From positions 6,200,001-6,264,000 of the forward strand of contig OY986946.1 in assembly GCA_963920595.1 (NCBI GenBank): a stretch of DNA of 64,000 nt, read 5' to 3'. The first letter of the stretch is position 1; each line of letters begins with the position of its first letter. The notes under the pieces were generated by a model. It saw only the letters and a list, made by a program, of their open reading frames with translations, was not told where the DNA came from and searched no databases. Both the position numbers and the translations under genes were made by a program. The DNA comes from Eimeria praecox. Lineage: Eukaryota. Of this stretch, positions 49,995-63,120 are shown in pieces.

Positions 49995-50103
49995 AGCGGG
50001 CGCATATGCTGGCTCTGGAGACAGAGCAAGTAGGGAGTTTTGTGACTTCTACGCTGGAGGCGCAGAGACAGACGATTATACGGTCGAGGGGACAGGTATG
50101 TAT

Positions 50104-50148
<45 letters not shown>

Positions 50149-50314
50149 CAGGCCTTGCTGCTGCTGCTGCTGCTGTTGCTGTTGCTGCGATTGCTGCTGT
50201 TGCTGTTGGTGTTGCTGTTGGTGGTGGTTGTGGTGGTGCTGCTGCTGCTTCGGGTACAGCTGATAGTGCGCGTGCTGCGGTAGCTGCTGCAGAAGTTGCT
50301 GCAGCTGCTGGGGA

Positions 50315-50359
<45 letters not shown>

Positions 50360-50434
50360 GGGTCTTACTTATGCTACTATGGGTGCTGTTGCTGCTGCTG
50401 CTGTTGCTGCTGCTGCTGTTGCTGCTGCTGCTGT

Positions 50435-50471
<37 letters not shown>

Positions 50472-50917
50472 TGTGTGGCTCAGGTGTCGCGCTGGGGGCA
50501 TTCCTTGGCTGAGGGCAGGGCTTCCATTTCGAGGATTGTATGTTTATTTATTTATTTATTTATTTGTTTATTTGTTTGTTTATTTATTTGTTTATTTATT
50601 TATTCGTTTATTTGTTTATTTGTTTGGTTGTTTATTTGTTTGTATGTTTATTTGTTTATTTGCTTGTGTGCTTATTTGTTTGTTTGTTTATTTATTTATT
50701 TATTTATTTATTTGTTTGTTTATTTATTTGTTTATTATTTATTTATTTATTTATATTTATTTATTATGTTTGTTTATTTATTTGTATATGTTATATATTT
50801 TTCTGTCTTCTTTGTTTGTTTGGTTGCTGCTTTTGTCTCCTCTCTTCTTCTCTCTGTTTTGTTGCCTCAACTCTCTGTCTCCTTCTTACTCTTTCTTCTC
50901 TGTATATTCAATTTTAT

Positions 50918-50966
<49 letters not shown>

Positions 50967-51088
50967 ATAATATATATATTTGTCTTAATAATATAATTGT
51001 TTATAGAAGACATTTCTCTGTCTGTTTATCGTTCGTTTTGCATGCATGCACGTCTATCTGCAGCAGCTGCTGCTGCTGTTGCTGCTGT

Positions 51089-51128
<40 letters not shown>

Positions 51129-51461
51129 GGTGTGTGTGTTTAGTGTATTTGGTGTGTCTTCGCAGCTACGGTCAGGCCGCCTCCGTCACTGGTTTTTGAT
51201 GTGCTTGGTTGCTTGTATTTGCTGCTGCTTAGTTTTCGTTATGCTGTCGAAGGCGCTGTGGTGTCTGGGCCTAGCCAGCAGCAGCAGCAGCAGCAGCGGG
51301 AGCAGCAGCAGCAACAGCAGCAGCAACGACAGCAGCAGAGCTGAGGGAGCTCCAACAGCAGCAGCAGCAGCAGCAGCAGCTGCTGCTGCTGCTGCTGTTG
51401 AACACTCTCCTAGCGAACAGAATGAAGCCCCCACACATCCTCTAGACAGTGTATCTACAAC

Positions 51462-51506
<45 letters not shown>

Positions 51507-51597
51507 AACACCGCCTCTAACCGGCCGAGACAAGTTTAATAATCTGCAGAGACACGTACGCGAGAAGCGAGAACAGGAGCAGCAGCTGCAGCTGTTA

Positions 51598-51629
<32 letters not shown>

Positions 51630-52962
51630 GCAGCACGTACAACAGCAACCTCCCGCGCAGCAGCAACAGCAGCAGCAGCCGCCGATGCAACAGACTTCAG
51701 CGAATGCAGAAGCTCAGGGTTCACCTCAGCAGCAACAGCAGCAGCAACCGCAGCAGCAGCAGCAGCAACAACCGCAGCAGCAGCAGCAGCAACAACCGCA
51801 GCAGCAGCAGCAGCAACCGCAGCAGCAGCAGCAGCAACCGCAGCAGCAGCAGCAACAACCGCAGCAGCAAAATCCTCAGCTGCAGCAGCCACTACTCCTG
51901 CCGGAGCAGCCTTCCGGGCAGCAGCAGCAGCAGCAGCAACCTCCGGTGCAGCAGCCGCAGCAGGTGCAGCAGCCGCAGCAGCAGCAGCAGTCTCCTGTGC
52001 AACAGCAGCAGCAGCAGCAGCCTCCTGTGCAGCAGCAGCAGCAACCTCCTGTGCAGCAGCAGCAGCAACCTCCTGTGCAGCAGCAGCAGCAGCCTGCTTT
52101 GCAGCAGCAACAGCCTCCCTTGCAACAGCAGCAGCAGCCTCCATTGCAGCAGCAGCAACAACCTCCCTTGCAGCAGCAGCAACACCAGCCTCCCTTGCAG
52201 CAGCAGCAGCAGCCTCCTGTGCAGCAGCAGCCATCTGCGTTGCCGCAGCAGCAGCAGCAGCAGCAGCAGCTTCCCTTGCAGCAGCAGCAACTTCCATTGC
52301 AGCAGCCGCAGCCTGTGCTGCAGGAGCAGCAGCCTGCTGTGCAGCAGCAGCAACCTCCCGTGCAGCAGCAGCAACCTCCCGTGCAGCAGCAGCAGCCCGC
52401 TTTGCAGCAGCAGCAGCCTGCCTTGCAGCAGCAGCAGCAGCCTGCTGTGCAGCAGCAGCAGCCTGCTGTGCAGCAGCAGCAGCAGCCTGCTGTGCAGCAG
52501 CAGCAGCAGCAGCCTCCCGTGCAGCAGCAGCAACCCCCGGTGCAGCAGCAACAGCCTGCTGTGCAGCAGCAGCAGCCCGCTTTGCAGCAGCAGCAGCCTA
52601 CCTTGCAGCAGCAGCAGCAGCCTCCTGTGCAGCAGCAGCAGCAGCCTCCCGTGCAGCAGCAGCAACCCCCGGTGCAGCAGCAACAGCCTGCTTCGCAGCA
52701 GCAGCAGCCCGCTTTGCAGCAGCAGCAGCCTAGCTTGCAGCAGCACCAGCCTAGTTTGCAGCAGCAGCAGCCTAGCTTGCAGCAGCAGCAACCAACCGTG
52801 CAGCAGCAGCAACCTGTCCTGCAGCAACAACAGCCTGCTGCTCAACAGCAGCAGCAGCAGCTATCCCCCGCGCAGCAGCAGCAGCAAGCGCCGCTGCAGC
52901 AGCCTTCTAATAATCAGCAGCCCGCCTCCCAGCCGCAGGCTGCTCTTCAGCAGCAGGCAGGT

Positions 52963-53002
<40 letters not shown>

Positions 53003-53052
53003 ACCCTCCAGCACCTGCTGCTGGAGCTGTTGCAGGTGCGACGGGGAAGTGA
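46591..53052 (+). CDS. VTI1: Vti1-type (Qb) SNARE, 8 exons, with long Gln/Pro-rich extension after the TM helix
   Basis: Phase-consistent exons 46591-46684, 47077-47123 (or -47144), 47749-47817, 48062-48140, 48472-48539, 49997-50095, 50484-50537 and 51166-53052. They give an Habc-like N-terminus (LQHLELETR; LRKQLQTLSTEV), a SNARE motif (RESLLASEDKMSEGCKQLERAHMLALETEQVGSFVTSTLEAQRQTIIRSRGQVSRWGHSLAEGRASISRILRSGRLR) and a TM helix (WFLMCLVACICCCLVFVML). Confidence 0.85.
47505..47660. repeat. (AGCT)n palindromic tetranucleotide array, intronic
   Basis: Direct reading. Confidence 0.9.
48289..48460 (+). repeat. Interstitial telomere-like array TTTAGGG with TTTCTAGGG/TGTCTAGGG variants
   Basis: Direct reading; lies in intron 4 of the SNARE gene. 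Confidence 0.95.
48550..49890. repeat. Stacked intronic microsatellites: AAT/TAAT block, AGAC/AG block, GATA block
   Basis: Direct reading (about 48550-49020, 49050-49600 and 49650-49890). Confidence 0.95.
50540..50960. repeat. (TTTA/TTTG)n and (TA)n intronic microsatellites
   Basis: Direct reading. Confidence 0.9.
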
Positions 53053-53093
53053 ACGTTAACGTATGAGCGGGGGAGAGGCTGAAGGCACTAGAA

Positions 53094-53134
<41 letters not shown>

Positions 53135-53637
53135 TTAGTAAGAGCTGCAGCAGCAGCAGCAAACACGCGTGGACTGCTGCAGCAGTCTTCTGTTGCGCCT
53201 CTCTGTCTTTTGCTTCTGCAGCAGCTAGTCGCTGAATGCTGCTATCGGCACCAGCTGCAGCAGCAAACCCTACAGCACTAGCTGCTGCTGCTGCTGCTGC
53301 TGCAGCAGCAGCTGCTGCTGCTGCAGCACTAGCTGCTGCTGCTGCTGCTGCTGGAACTGTCATAAGCAGCTGACTTGCTCTACCTCTGCACGTTTTCAGA
53401 GAACTAGTACACCCGACGCTGTGTGGGCTGCTCTTGCTGCTGCTGCTGCTGCTGCAGCAGCAGCAGCAACAGCAGCAGCAGCAACAGCAGCAACAGCAGC
53501 AGCATTTAGATCTTGCTCATAGACACCTCAGCTAGCAAGTAGTAGTAAACTCATTAAAAGATAAAGATGATTTGCTCGGGGCTGCTGCATGCACGTCTTC
53601 CTTTGTGACTGCTGCTTTGGCCGCATGCAGCAACAGA

Positions 53638-53669
<32 letters not shown>

Positions 53670-53856
53670 CAGCAGCAGCCGCTGCCACCCCTGTGATGTT
53701 TAGCAGCCAAGCCATGGAGCAGCAGCAGCAGCAGCAGCAGTTGCTGTTGTTGCTGCTGCTGCTGCTTCTGCTGCTGCTGGGGTGTATGGCTGCCTGCTTC
53801 TTTTGCTGTGAGGAACAAACAGAGGGCTACAGTAAAATCAACTGAACGCTGACACC

Positions 53857-54203
53857 TAGCTATCAGCTAGCCACCAGCTAGCTATCAGCTAGCCACCAGC
53901 TAGCCACCGGCTAGCTATCCGCTAGCTATCAGCTAGCCACCAGCTAGCTATCAGCTAGCTATCGGCTAGCCACCAGCTAGCCATCAGCTAGCCATCAGCT
54001 ACCCACCAGCTAGCTATCAGCTAGCCATCAGCTAGCTACCAGCTAGCTATCAGCTAGCCGACGCGTCGCGATGACTGCTACAAAACGCCGCACGAACACC
54101 AGCCATAGGGAGGGGTACCTACAGCTGTACAGCTAGCTAGCTAGCTAGCTAGCTAGCTAGCGGTGGGGTAGCTAGCTAGCTCAATGGCTAGCTAGCTAGC
54201 TAG
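53857..54203. repeat. 11-bp minisatellite CAGCTAGCYAY (53857-54058) followed by (AGCT)n
   Basis: Units CAGCTAGCTAT/CAGCTAGCCAC/CAGCTAGCCAT; intergenic between convergent genes. Confidence 0.92.
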
Positions 54204-54306
54204 CCACCCACACCTGCTAGCCACCTTTTAAAGAGGTGCAGCAGACGATAATATACTACAGACTATAAGCAGCAAATGCTGCAGCAGCCCTTGCTGCTGC
54301 TGCTGT

Positions 54307-54341
<35 letters not shown>

Positions 54342-54347
54342 CATTTC

Positions 54348-54606
54348 TCAGCGCCTCGCTGGTGCTGCTGCAGCAACCAGCACAGAGATGAGGGCTTGAG
54401 CGGTCAGATGACGGACGGGCTTACACCTGCGTCTGTTGCTGTTGCTGCTGCTGCTGCTGCTGCTGCCTGCTGCAACAGTTGCAGGCTTCTGCAGCTGTGT
54501 GAGGCTGAAGACGACAGGAGCAGCAGCAGCAGCAGCAGCAGCATCCACAGAAGATAGCCCTACAGAGCTTCTTCTATCACTGTGACAAACAGATAGAGGG
54601 ATATAC

Positions 54607-54645
<39 letters not shown>

Positions 54646-54714
54646 GAAGAATGTAAGACAGAGCTACTATCATCATCAGCACAGCCGGCAGCTGCCTGCA
54701 CCGAGGGTCCATCA

Positions 54715-54768
<54 letters not shown>

Positions 54769-54949
54769 GGCATTTGCATTTCGTGCTGCTGCAGGAGCTG
54801 ATGAGAGCGCAGCAGCAGCTGCTGCTTCCTGCTGCTGCTGTTTTTCTGCTGCTGCTGTATAACAACATGATATTTAACACTGCGATGTCGCCTCAAAGCA
54901 TCCTGAAACCGAGAGACCTCTATGACAGGCTGAATCCGCATCACTGCCT

Positions 54950-54980
<31 letters not shown>

Positions 54981-54982
54981 GT

Positions 54983-55022
<40 letters not shown>

Positions 55023-55373
55023 GTGCAGCAGCAGAAGAAGGTGCAGCAGAAGCACGTGAAAAGTAGCAGCAGGTGTAATAGCAGCAGCAACAGCAGCAGA
55101 AGGTGCAGCAGCACAGTGCAGCAGCAGCAGCAGCGGGTGCAGCAGCAGGAGAAGCAGCAGACAGAGGGGCAGCAACGTGAACACAAAGACGAGGAGGACC
55201 AACAGCAGCAGCAGCAGCAGCAGCAGCTGCTGCTGCTGCTGTATAGCAGCAACAACGAAGCCGAAGGACATATACAGCACATATGAGAAGCAAGACACAA
55301 CAGCAGCACGGCAGCAGATGCAGCAACAGCAGCAGATGCAGCAGCAGCAGCAAATGCAGAAACACCAGCAGGT

Positions 55374-55410
<37 letters not shown>

Positions 55411-55563
55411 GAGTATCTGTCTTACAGCAACCCCCCTCCTTATGAGACGATTCGCAACAGCAACGCCGAGAGGGACAAGACGACTGCTGGCGGTTGTAAG
55501 AACAACCCAGGGATCGTTGCTGCAGCGCTGCTGCTGCGGCTGCAGCAAGTGCTGCAGCGACAG

Positions 55564-55627
<64 letters not shown>

Positions 55628-55880
55628 CTTCCGCCCTCCTCGAGGGCCTCTTCGCTTAGTGAAGCTGTAATATGCACAGAGGAGAAGGGCCTTGAGCCGC
55701 CAGTCTTGCGATTTTGCTGCTGCTGCTGCTGCTGCTGCTGTTTCAGAGCAGCAGCAGCAGCAGCTGCTGCTGCGGCTGCGTCGGCGCCAGCTACTAAAGA
55801 TAGTACAGCCTCTAAATCTAAATCATAAGACAGCACAAGATAGTTTCTATGATGATCTAACCCCCCCACTGAGATACCTC

Positions 55881-55911
<31 letters not shown>

Positions 55912-56099
55912 AGAGCCGCAAGCTGCTGCAGCACTCTCACTCGCCTCTGCTGCACCTGAACCAGACGTTGCTGCTGTGCTGCTGCTGCTGTTGCTGCTGT
56001 TTGCTGCAGCAGCTGCATCAGAGCTCACGCAAGGGAAAGGCTTAATGTATCCGCCTCCGCCTACTCTCACAAACGTAGGCAGGGTCTGTGGCAGCACCA

Positions 56100-56140
<41 letters not shown>

Positions 56141-56324
56141 GTGGGGCTAGCGGCGTCGACTGGGCTGGCCGAGCCGCCAATAGGCGAGGAGCCTCTCAAG
56201 ATAAAAATATTTAAAAAGACAGCAAACACGAGATGCTGAAGCGCAGCAGCAGCAGCAACAGCAGCAGCAACAGCAGCAGCAACACAACCACTTAAGTGCC
56301 TCACACACATCCCACCACCACCAC

Positions 56325-56383
<59 letters not shown>

Positions 56384-56872
56384 CTTGGTGCCCAGCTCAC
56401 CCCAAAGTCGTAGCTTTGACTCTCTAGCGGCAGCAGCAGCCTCATGCTGCAGCAGCGACCTGTAGCACCGTCTGCTGCAGCTTGCAGCAGCAGCGCGAGG
56501 TGGAGGCTGTGGCTCAGCTCCCTCTCTAACTCAGCTGCAGCAGCAGCTGCTGCTGCTGCTGCAGATGAGTTAGCAGCAGCAGCAGCAGCTGCTGCTTCCC
56601 ACGATGGCTGCCGCAGCAGCTCTTCATCGTCCTCCCCCTGCAGCAGCAGCTCCTGCTGCTGCTGCTGCTGCTGTTTGCTAGCTGTCAGTCGGTCTCGGGT
56701 CTGCTGCAGCAGCAGCAGCAGCTCCGAAGGCTCGCCTGAGAACGCCAGCAGCTGCTGCAGCTGCTCAGCAGCAACATCAATAAGCCCCCCCTCTAAGTTT
56801 GACAGCTGCTGCAGCAGCAACGAAGCAGCACAACTACCAGCACCAGCCACTGAAGCTACCTCAGCGGGCACA

Positions 56873-56903
<31 letters not shown>

Positions 56904-57004
56904 ACAAGCGCAGCAGTAGCAGCAGCAGACAGGAGCAGCAGCAGCAGCAGATAGGCGCCTCAGACAAGCGCAGCAGCAGCAGCAGCAGCAGCAGCAGACA
57001 GACG

Positions 57005-57066
<62 letters not shown>

Positions 57067-57286
57067 GCAGAGTGTTGTTATGAGCGAGGCTCACATAGAG
57101 AATCCTGCTGCAGTCTGCTGCAGACACACAAGGGAGATGCTCCTGCTGCCATGTGGTGCTTTGACAACCCTGCTGCAGCTGCTGCTGCTGCAGCTGCTGC
57201 TGCTGCAGCTGCCGCTGCTGCTGCAGCAACTGCAGCACTGCCTCCTCCACATCCTCACGAGGAATACAAAAAAATAACCTGATAGC

Positions 57287-57321
<35 letters not shown>

Positions 57322-57841
57322 ACAGCTTCAGGTGCAGCCCTTGCTGCGGGGGACGCTACATTAACTAACGCACTCACTCCCGCTACCGCAGCAGCAACAG
57401 CAGCAGCAGCAACAGCAGCACCCGGAGGTGTGTCAAGCGGGCAGCAGCAGCAGCAGCAGCAGCAGCACTAACGGAGCCAGCACGAAGCGCAGCTAGAGCA
57501 GCAGTGCAGCTGCAGCGGTGGGAACAGCAGCAGCAGCACCAGAAACAGCAGCAGCAGCAGCAGCAGCAGCAGGAGGAGGGTCTCACTCTAGCAGCAGCCG
57601 CAGCAGCTGTGGCAGCGCGAATACGAGTGTGCCGCAGTACGAGGGTAGCCCTGCAGCAGCAAGAAGATTATGAATAGAGGTAACAGCAGCAAGCAGCAGC
57701 TCTCCTTCAGCAGCAACAAGCTGCTGCTTCTCCACTGTCAATACAGCCAGCAGCCGCTGCAGCAGCTGCTGATCTATCTCCTCCTGTTCTTGTTCCTGCT
57801 GCTCCTGTTCTTGTCGGTGTTGCTGTTGCTGCTTCTGTTCC

Positions 57842-57881
<40 letters not shown>

Positions 57882-57989
57882 CGAGCTGCTGCTGCACAGC
57901 AGCACTCATCGAGGCGCTGCTGGGGCTGCTGCTGCCATCGGAAAGCCCCGACGGGTAGCCGTCTGGAAGCAGGAGGTGCTGCAGCACGA

Positions 57990-58052
<63 letters not shown>

Positions 58053-58958
58053 TCAGAGGATACAGGATCTGAAAGCAAGCCGCGAGCTGCGGCAGCACGT
58101 GACAGAAGGGGCTATGGATGCTCTCGTTTTGCTGCTGCTGCAGCGCAGCAAACACAGCAGCAACAGTTGCTGCTGCAGGGCTTATCTGTGGGGTAGACTA
58201 GCATGCATGCTAGCAGCAGCAGCAGCAGCAGCAGCAGCACTACTCGACAGAAGAAGCAGCAACAACAGGAACAGGCGAACACCATCAGACACAGCTACAG
58301 GTTTCTGCTTCTGCTGCTGCTGCCAGCTGCAGCAGCAAACTGCTGCAGCAACTCCTCACCCCCGAAGCACAGACGGGCCCCACACAGAAGCGCTTGAGGG
58401 TCTCGCCGTCCAGCAGCAGCCGCTGCTGCTGCTGCAGTGTTGCTGCTGCTGCTGCTGCTGCATTGGCTGCTGCTGCTGCAGATACAACGAATTGATCCCA
58501 TTCAGCGTTCCCAGGTAAAGCCCTGGCTGCTGCTGCTGCTGCTGCTGCTGCTGCAACAGCAGCAGGAGGGTGCTGCAGCAGCAAGCTGCTGCAGCAGGGA
58601 GGGGTGACAGAAGCAGCAGCAGCATCGAGAGCAGCAAAAGCAGAAGACAGACGAACTGGAGGCGACAGCAGCAAGTTTGAAGCCGTCAGAGCCACAACGC
58701 CATTTGCTGCTGCACGTAGACAAACAGCAGCAGCAGCACAACATGCAGCAGCAGCAACAGCAGCAGCAAAACAAATAGCAGCAGCAGCAGCAGCAAAACA
58801 AATAGCAGCAGCAGCAGCAGCAGCAAACAAGCAGCAGCAGCAGCAAAACGAGCAGCAGCAGCAGCAAAACAAGCAGCAGCATCAACACGACAGACTGCTG
58901 CGAGACTCTCAATACTAACAAAGACAACAGCAACCCCCAATAAAAAGAAGGAGCTAGT

Positions 58959-58997
<39 letters not shown>

Positions 58998-59658
58998 CTA
59001 AAGCGCCTGCTCTTGAAGTAGCAGCAGCAGCAGCAGCAGGGAGGCCATCACAGAGACACAGGAAGAGAGACAACGAAGAAGAGACAGCAGAATTACGCAG
59101 ACACTGCACCATACCCTTCATCGAAGCAGCAGCAGCAACACGAGCAGCAGCAACACGAGCAGCAGCAACACAAGCAGCAGCAGCACGAGCAGCAGCATCA
59201 GCAGGTCCGAGCAGACAGCTGCGCATTTCTATCAACTTCTATCTTGTTCAGAGGGCTTCACTGCTGTCCCCTCCCCCCTCTCCCCTCTAGATGGACCAGT
59301 GGTCCACCCACCCCACACATGTGACCAGTGGTCCTCCACTCGACTGACCAGTGGACTGTTCGATGGCTGGACAGAAGACCGGGAGTAGATGATGAGAGCC
59401 CCCATGTATAGCAAAGTGCTGCAGGGCTACACTCCAGAGGAGGCCCCTCAAGCCGCTGCTGCCCGTGCTTAGCTGCAGCTTCTCCTGTTGCTGCAGCAGC
59501 AGCAGCAGCAAGACAAGACACACAAACAATAACCATCGCAGCAGCAGCAGCCAGCTGCACGTACACCCCAAAACTACCCATTAATACATTGAAATCGATC
59601 GATACTGCGCAGTGTCTGTTAGTTCTGCTCTTATTGTTGCTACTCCTGCTGATGCTGC

Positions 59659-59699
<41 letters not shown>

Positions 59700-59914
59700 T
59701 AAGGAGTGTCTTTGGTGGCAGCAGGCAGACGGCCATGCACATACTCAGACAGCAGCAGCACAAGATGCAGTCCTAAGTCCCCCCCCCCCCCACAGCAGCA
59801 GCAGCAACAGCAGCAGCAACAGCAGCAGCCAGAGGACAGACAAACAGAACAGAAGCCGCAGCCCACGACATGCAACGAGCTACTGAAGACAGCAGCAGCA
59901 GCAGCACCGAGGGA

Positions 59915-59960
<46 letters not shown>

Positions 59961-60097
59961 GCAGCAACAACAACAGCAGCAGCAGCAGCACCGCACCAAG
60001 GCCTCAGCGAAGGCTCGGCGGCTGCGGGGGTCGAGAGGGCGAGCGAAGAGAACGTTTAGTACTTCTCTTGTTAGCTGCACACGGGCGTTGAGGCTGC

Positions 60098-60131
<34 letters not shown>

Positions 60132-60344
60132 CCCGTTGCTGATGATGCTGCTGCCGCTGCTACTGCTGCTACTACTGCTGCTGCTGCTGCTGTGTTGCTG
60201 CTGCTCGCGATGCTGCTGCTGCTGCACCCGAGCAGCAGCCACCGGCACTGCAGGGCTACGTCCTGCTATTCCTGTCACCTCACTTGCTGCTGCTGCAACA
60301 TCGTCTGCTGCTGCAGCAGGATGGAGCTTAGGATGCTGCTGGTT

Positions 60345-60375
<31 letters not shown>

Positions 60376-60668
60376 GCCGGTGGCCCTGATAGCGCCGCAG
60401 GAGCCGATGCAGCGAGTGCAGGGCTTGCGGCTGCAGTAGACGATGCGGAAGGAGGAGGAGCAGCAGCAGCAGAAGCAGCAGCAGCAGGAGCAGCAGCAGG
60501 TGCTGCTGCTGCTGCTGCTTCCTCTTCATCCTCAGCAGTCGAACAGCCTCCAAGCCGCAGCAGAAATGCCTCGAACAGCCCCGAATCAACAGCAGGAGGC
60601 AGAGCCCCTGACTGCAGCAGCTGCAGCGACGTAGGCCGTTTCCGCGGATCGTCCTGCAGCAGCAGCCT

Positions 60669-60702
<34 letters not shown>

Positions 60703-60901
60703 CAGTAGAAGCGGCAGTACAGCTGCTGCTTCCTATAGAGTAGACACTCCTGCTCCTGCTGCAGCAGCAAAAGTGCTGCAGCAGAAGGCGCAGCGGCAGC
60801 AGCAGCAACAACAACAGCAGGAGAGGAAGCAGCAGGAGTAGCAGCAGCAGCAACACCAGCAGCACCACTGCTACCAGTAGCAGCACCCCCAGCAGCAGCA
60901 A

Positions 60902-60933
<32 letters not shown>

Positions 60934-61027
60934 GCAGCACCACCAGGAGCAGCACCACCAGCAGCACCACCAGGAGCAGCAACAGCAGCACCACCAAAAC
61001 CAGCAGCACCACCACCAGCAGCAGCAC

Positions 61028-61059
<32 letters not shown>

Positions 61060-61196
61060 GCAGCAGCTAACTCGGCAATAGCAACAGCCCTCGGAGGTAT
61101 ATATCCTTTGAAGTTTGTTCTCATCGTCTCTCGACTTGTTAGTCCAGACACCGCAGGGCATAACAACCACAACTCAAGAAACAACATCCTATACAC

Positions 61197-61232
<36 letters not shown>

Positions 61233-62195
61233 CACACACGCACAGATACATACAGCAACAGCAAGAGCAGCAGCAGAGTCAGAAGCAACATCCACACATA
61301 AGGAAACATACAGAGCGGCCTGCAGCAGCAGCAGCAGCACGAACAGCAGCAGCACGAACAGCAGCAGCAAGAGGAGGCGCACTAGCATCAGAAGCAGCAG
61401 CAGCAGCAGCATGAGCAGTAGCAGCAGCATAAGAAGCAGCAAAAGCACCAGCAGCACGAGGAGGAGTAGCAGCAGCACGAGCAGCAGCAGTATGAGGAGA
61501 ATCAGAAAGAGCAGCAACAGCAGCAACAGCAGCAGCAGCAGCAACAGCCGCAGCAGCACAAATATAAACAGCAACACGACCATGAACAGCAGCAGCAGCA
61601 GGACGCGCAGCAGCACAAAGATGAACAGCAGCAGCAGCACCACCACCACCACCATCAGCAGCAGCACGAGCAGCATCAGCATCAGCTCCATCATCAACAG
61701 CACCATCATCAGCACTATCATCATCCTCATCATCATCATCATCAGCAACAGCAAGAGCAGCAGCAGCAACAGCAGCAGCATCAGCATCAGCACGATCCTC
61801 CTGATACAGTGTGTGTGTGTGTCTGTGTTGCTTCACCCAATAGAGAACATGTCCGCCTTGTCTGTAAACACTTCTCCCCTAATAACCTCTGGAGCCACAA
61901 AACAAGAAAAAATATAATCCGAAGAACAAAAACTCAACTTCTGTCCAAGACCAAAGTCCCCCACCTAAAACCACACACACACACATACACCCCACATACA
62001 TACACCCCACATACATACACCCCACATACACCCCGCATACACCCCACATACACCTCCCTATACACCATAGCTTAGATGCCTGTACACCCCACATACACCT
62101 CCCTGTACACCATAGCTTAGATGACTGTACACCCCAGATGCTTATACACCACACATACACCTCCCTATACACCACACCTTAGATGCCTGTACACC

Positions 62196-62281
<86 letters not shown>

Positions 62282-62627
62282 AAGGTAGCTGCCTATACAC
62301 CACAGCTTAGCTGCCTGTACACCCCAGATATATACACCAGAGTTAGCTGCGTATACACCATAGGTTATCTGCCTATACACCATAGCTAAGCTGCCTGTAC
62401 ACCCCAGATATATACAGCAGAGCTCTTTGCGTATACACCATAGCACAGCTGCCTGTACACCCGAGATGACTGTACACCTCAGCTTTCTTATCCACAACCC
62501 CCAAAGCTAGTTTCAGGATGTGTCTGCTTCAGCAAACAAAAGATATATTAAGATGAGTTTACAGCACGAAGAAGAACACATAAACAGAGAGGAGCTGCAG
62601 CAACAACTGCAGCAGCAGCAGCAACAA

Positions 62628-62659
<32 letters not shown>

Positions 62660-62822
62660 CAATACAGGTTGTTGAGCTGTCCATACACCCCAGACTTGCC
62701 TTGACAATCAAACCCTCGGGCCCCTCAATTAAAAATATATTTGAAGGATGCAACGCTCGGTGACAGGCGCCAGCGCGATGCACACAAACCATAGCCTCCA
62801 GCAGCTGCAGCACAAACAACAA

Positions 62823-62854
<32 letters not shown>

Positions 62855-62941
62855 AAAGCAGCAGCAGCAACAGCAGCAGCAGCAGGAAGGCGCAAGGCGT
62901 CTCAATCAGTATGTGCAGCAGCAGCAAAAGCAGCGGGGCAG

Positions 62942-62981
<40 letters not shown>

Positions 62982-63070
62982 GACAAGACCAACCGCTACC
63001 GTTCTCGCTGCATCAACACCCCCACACCCAGCAGCATCCAGTACACCACCATCACCACCACCAGCAGCAC

Positions 63071-63120
<50 letters not shown>

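Noticed and set aside
48944..51199. Long LSVSLC and YLFI ORFs
   Set aside because: Intronic microsatellites of the SNARE gene.
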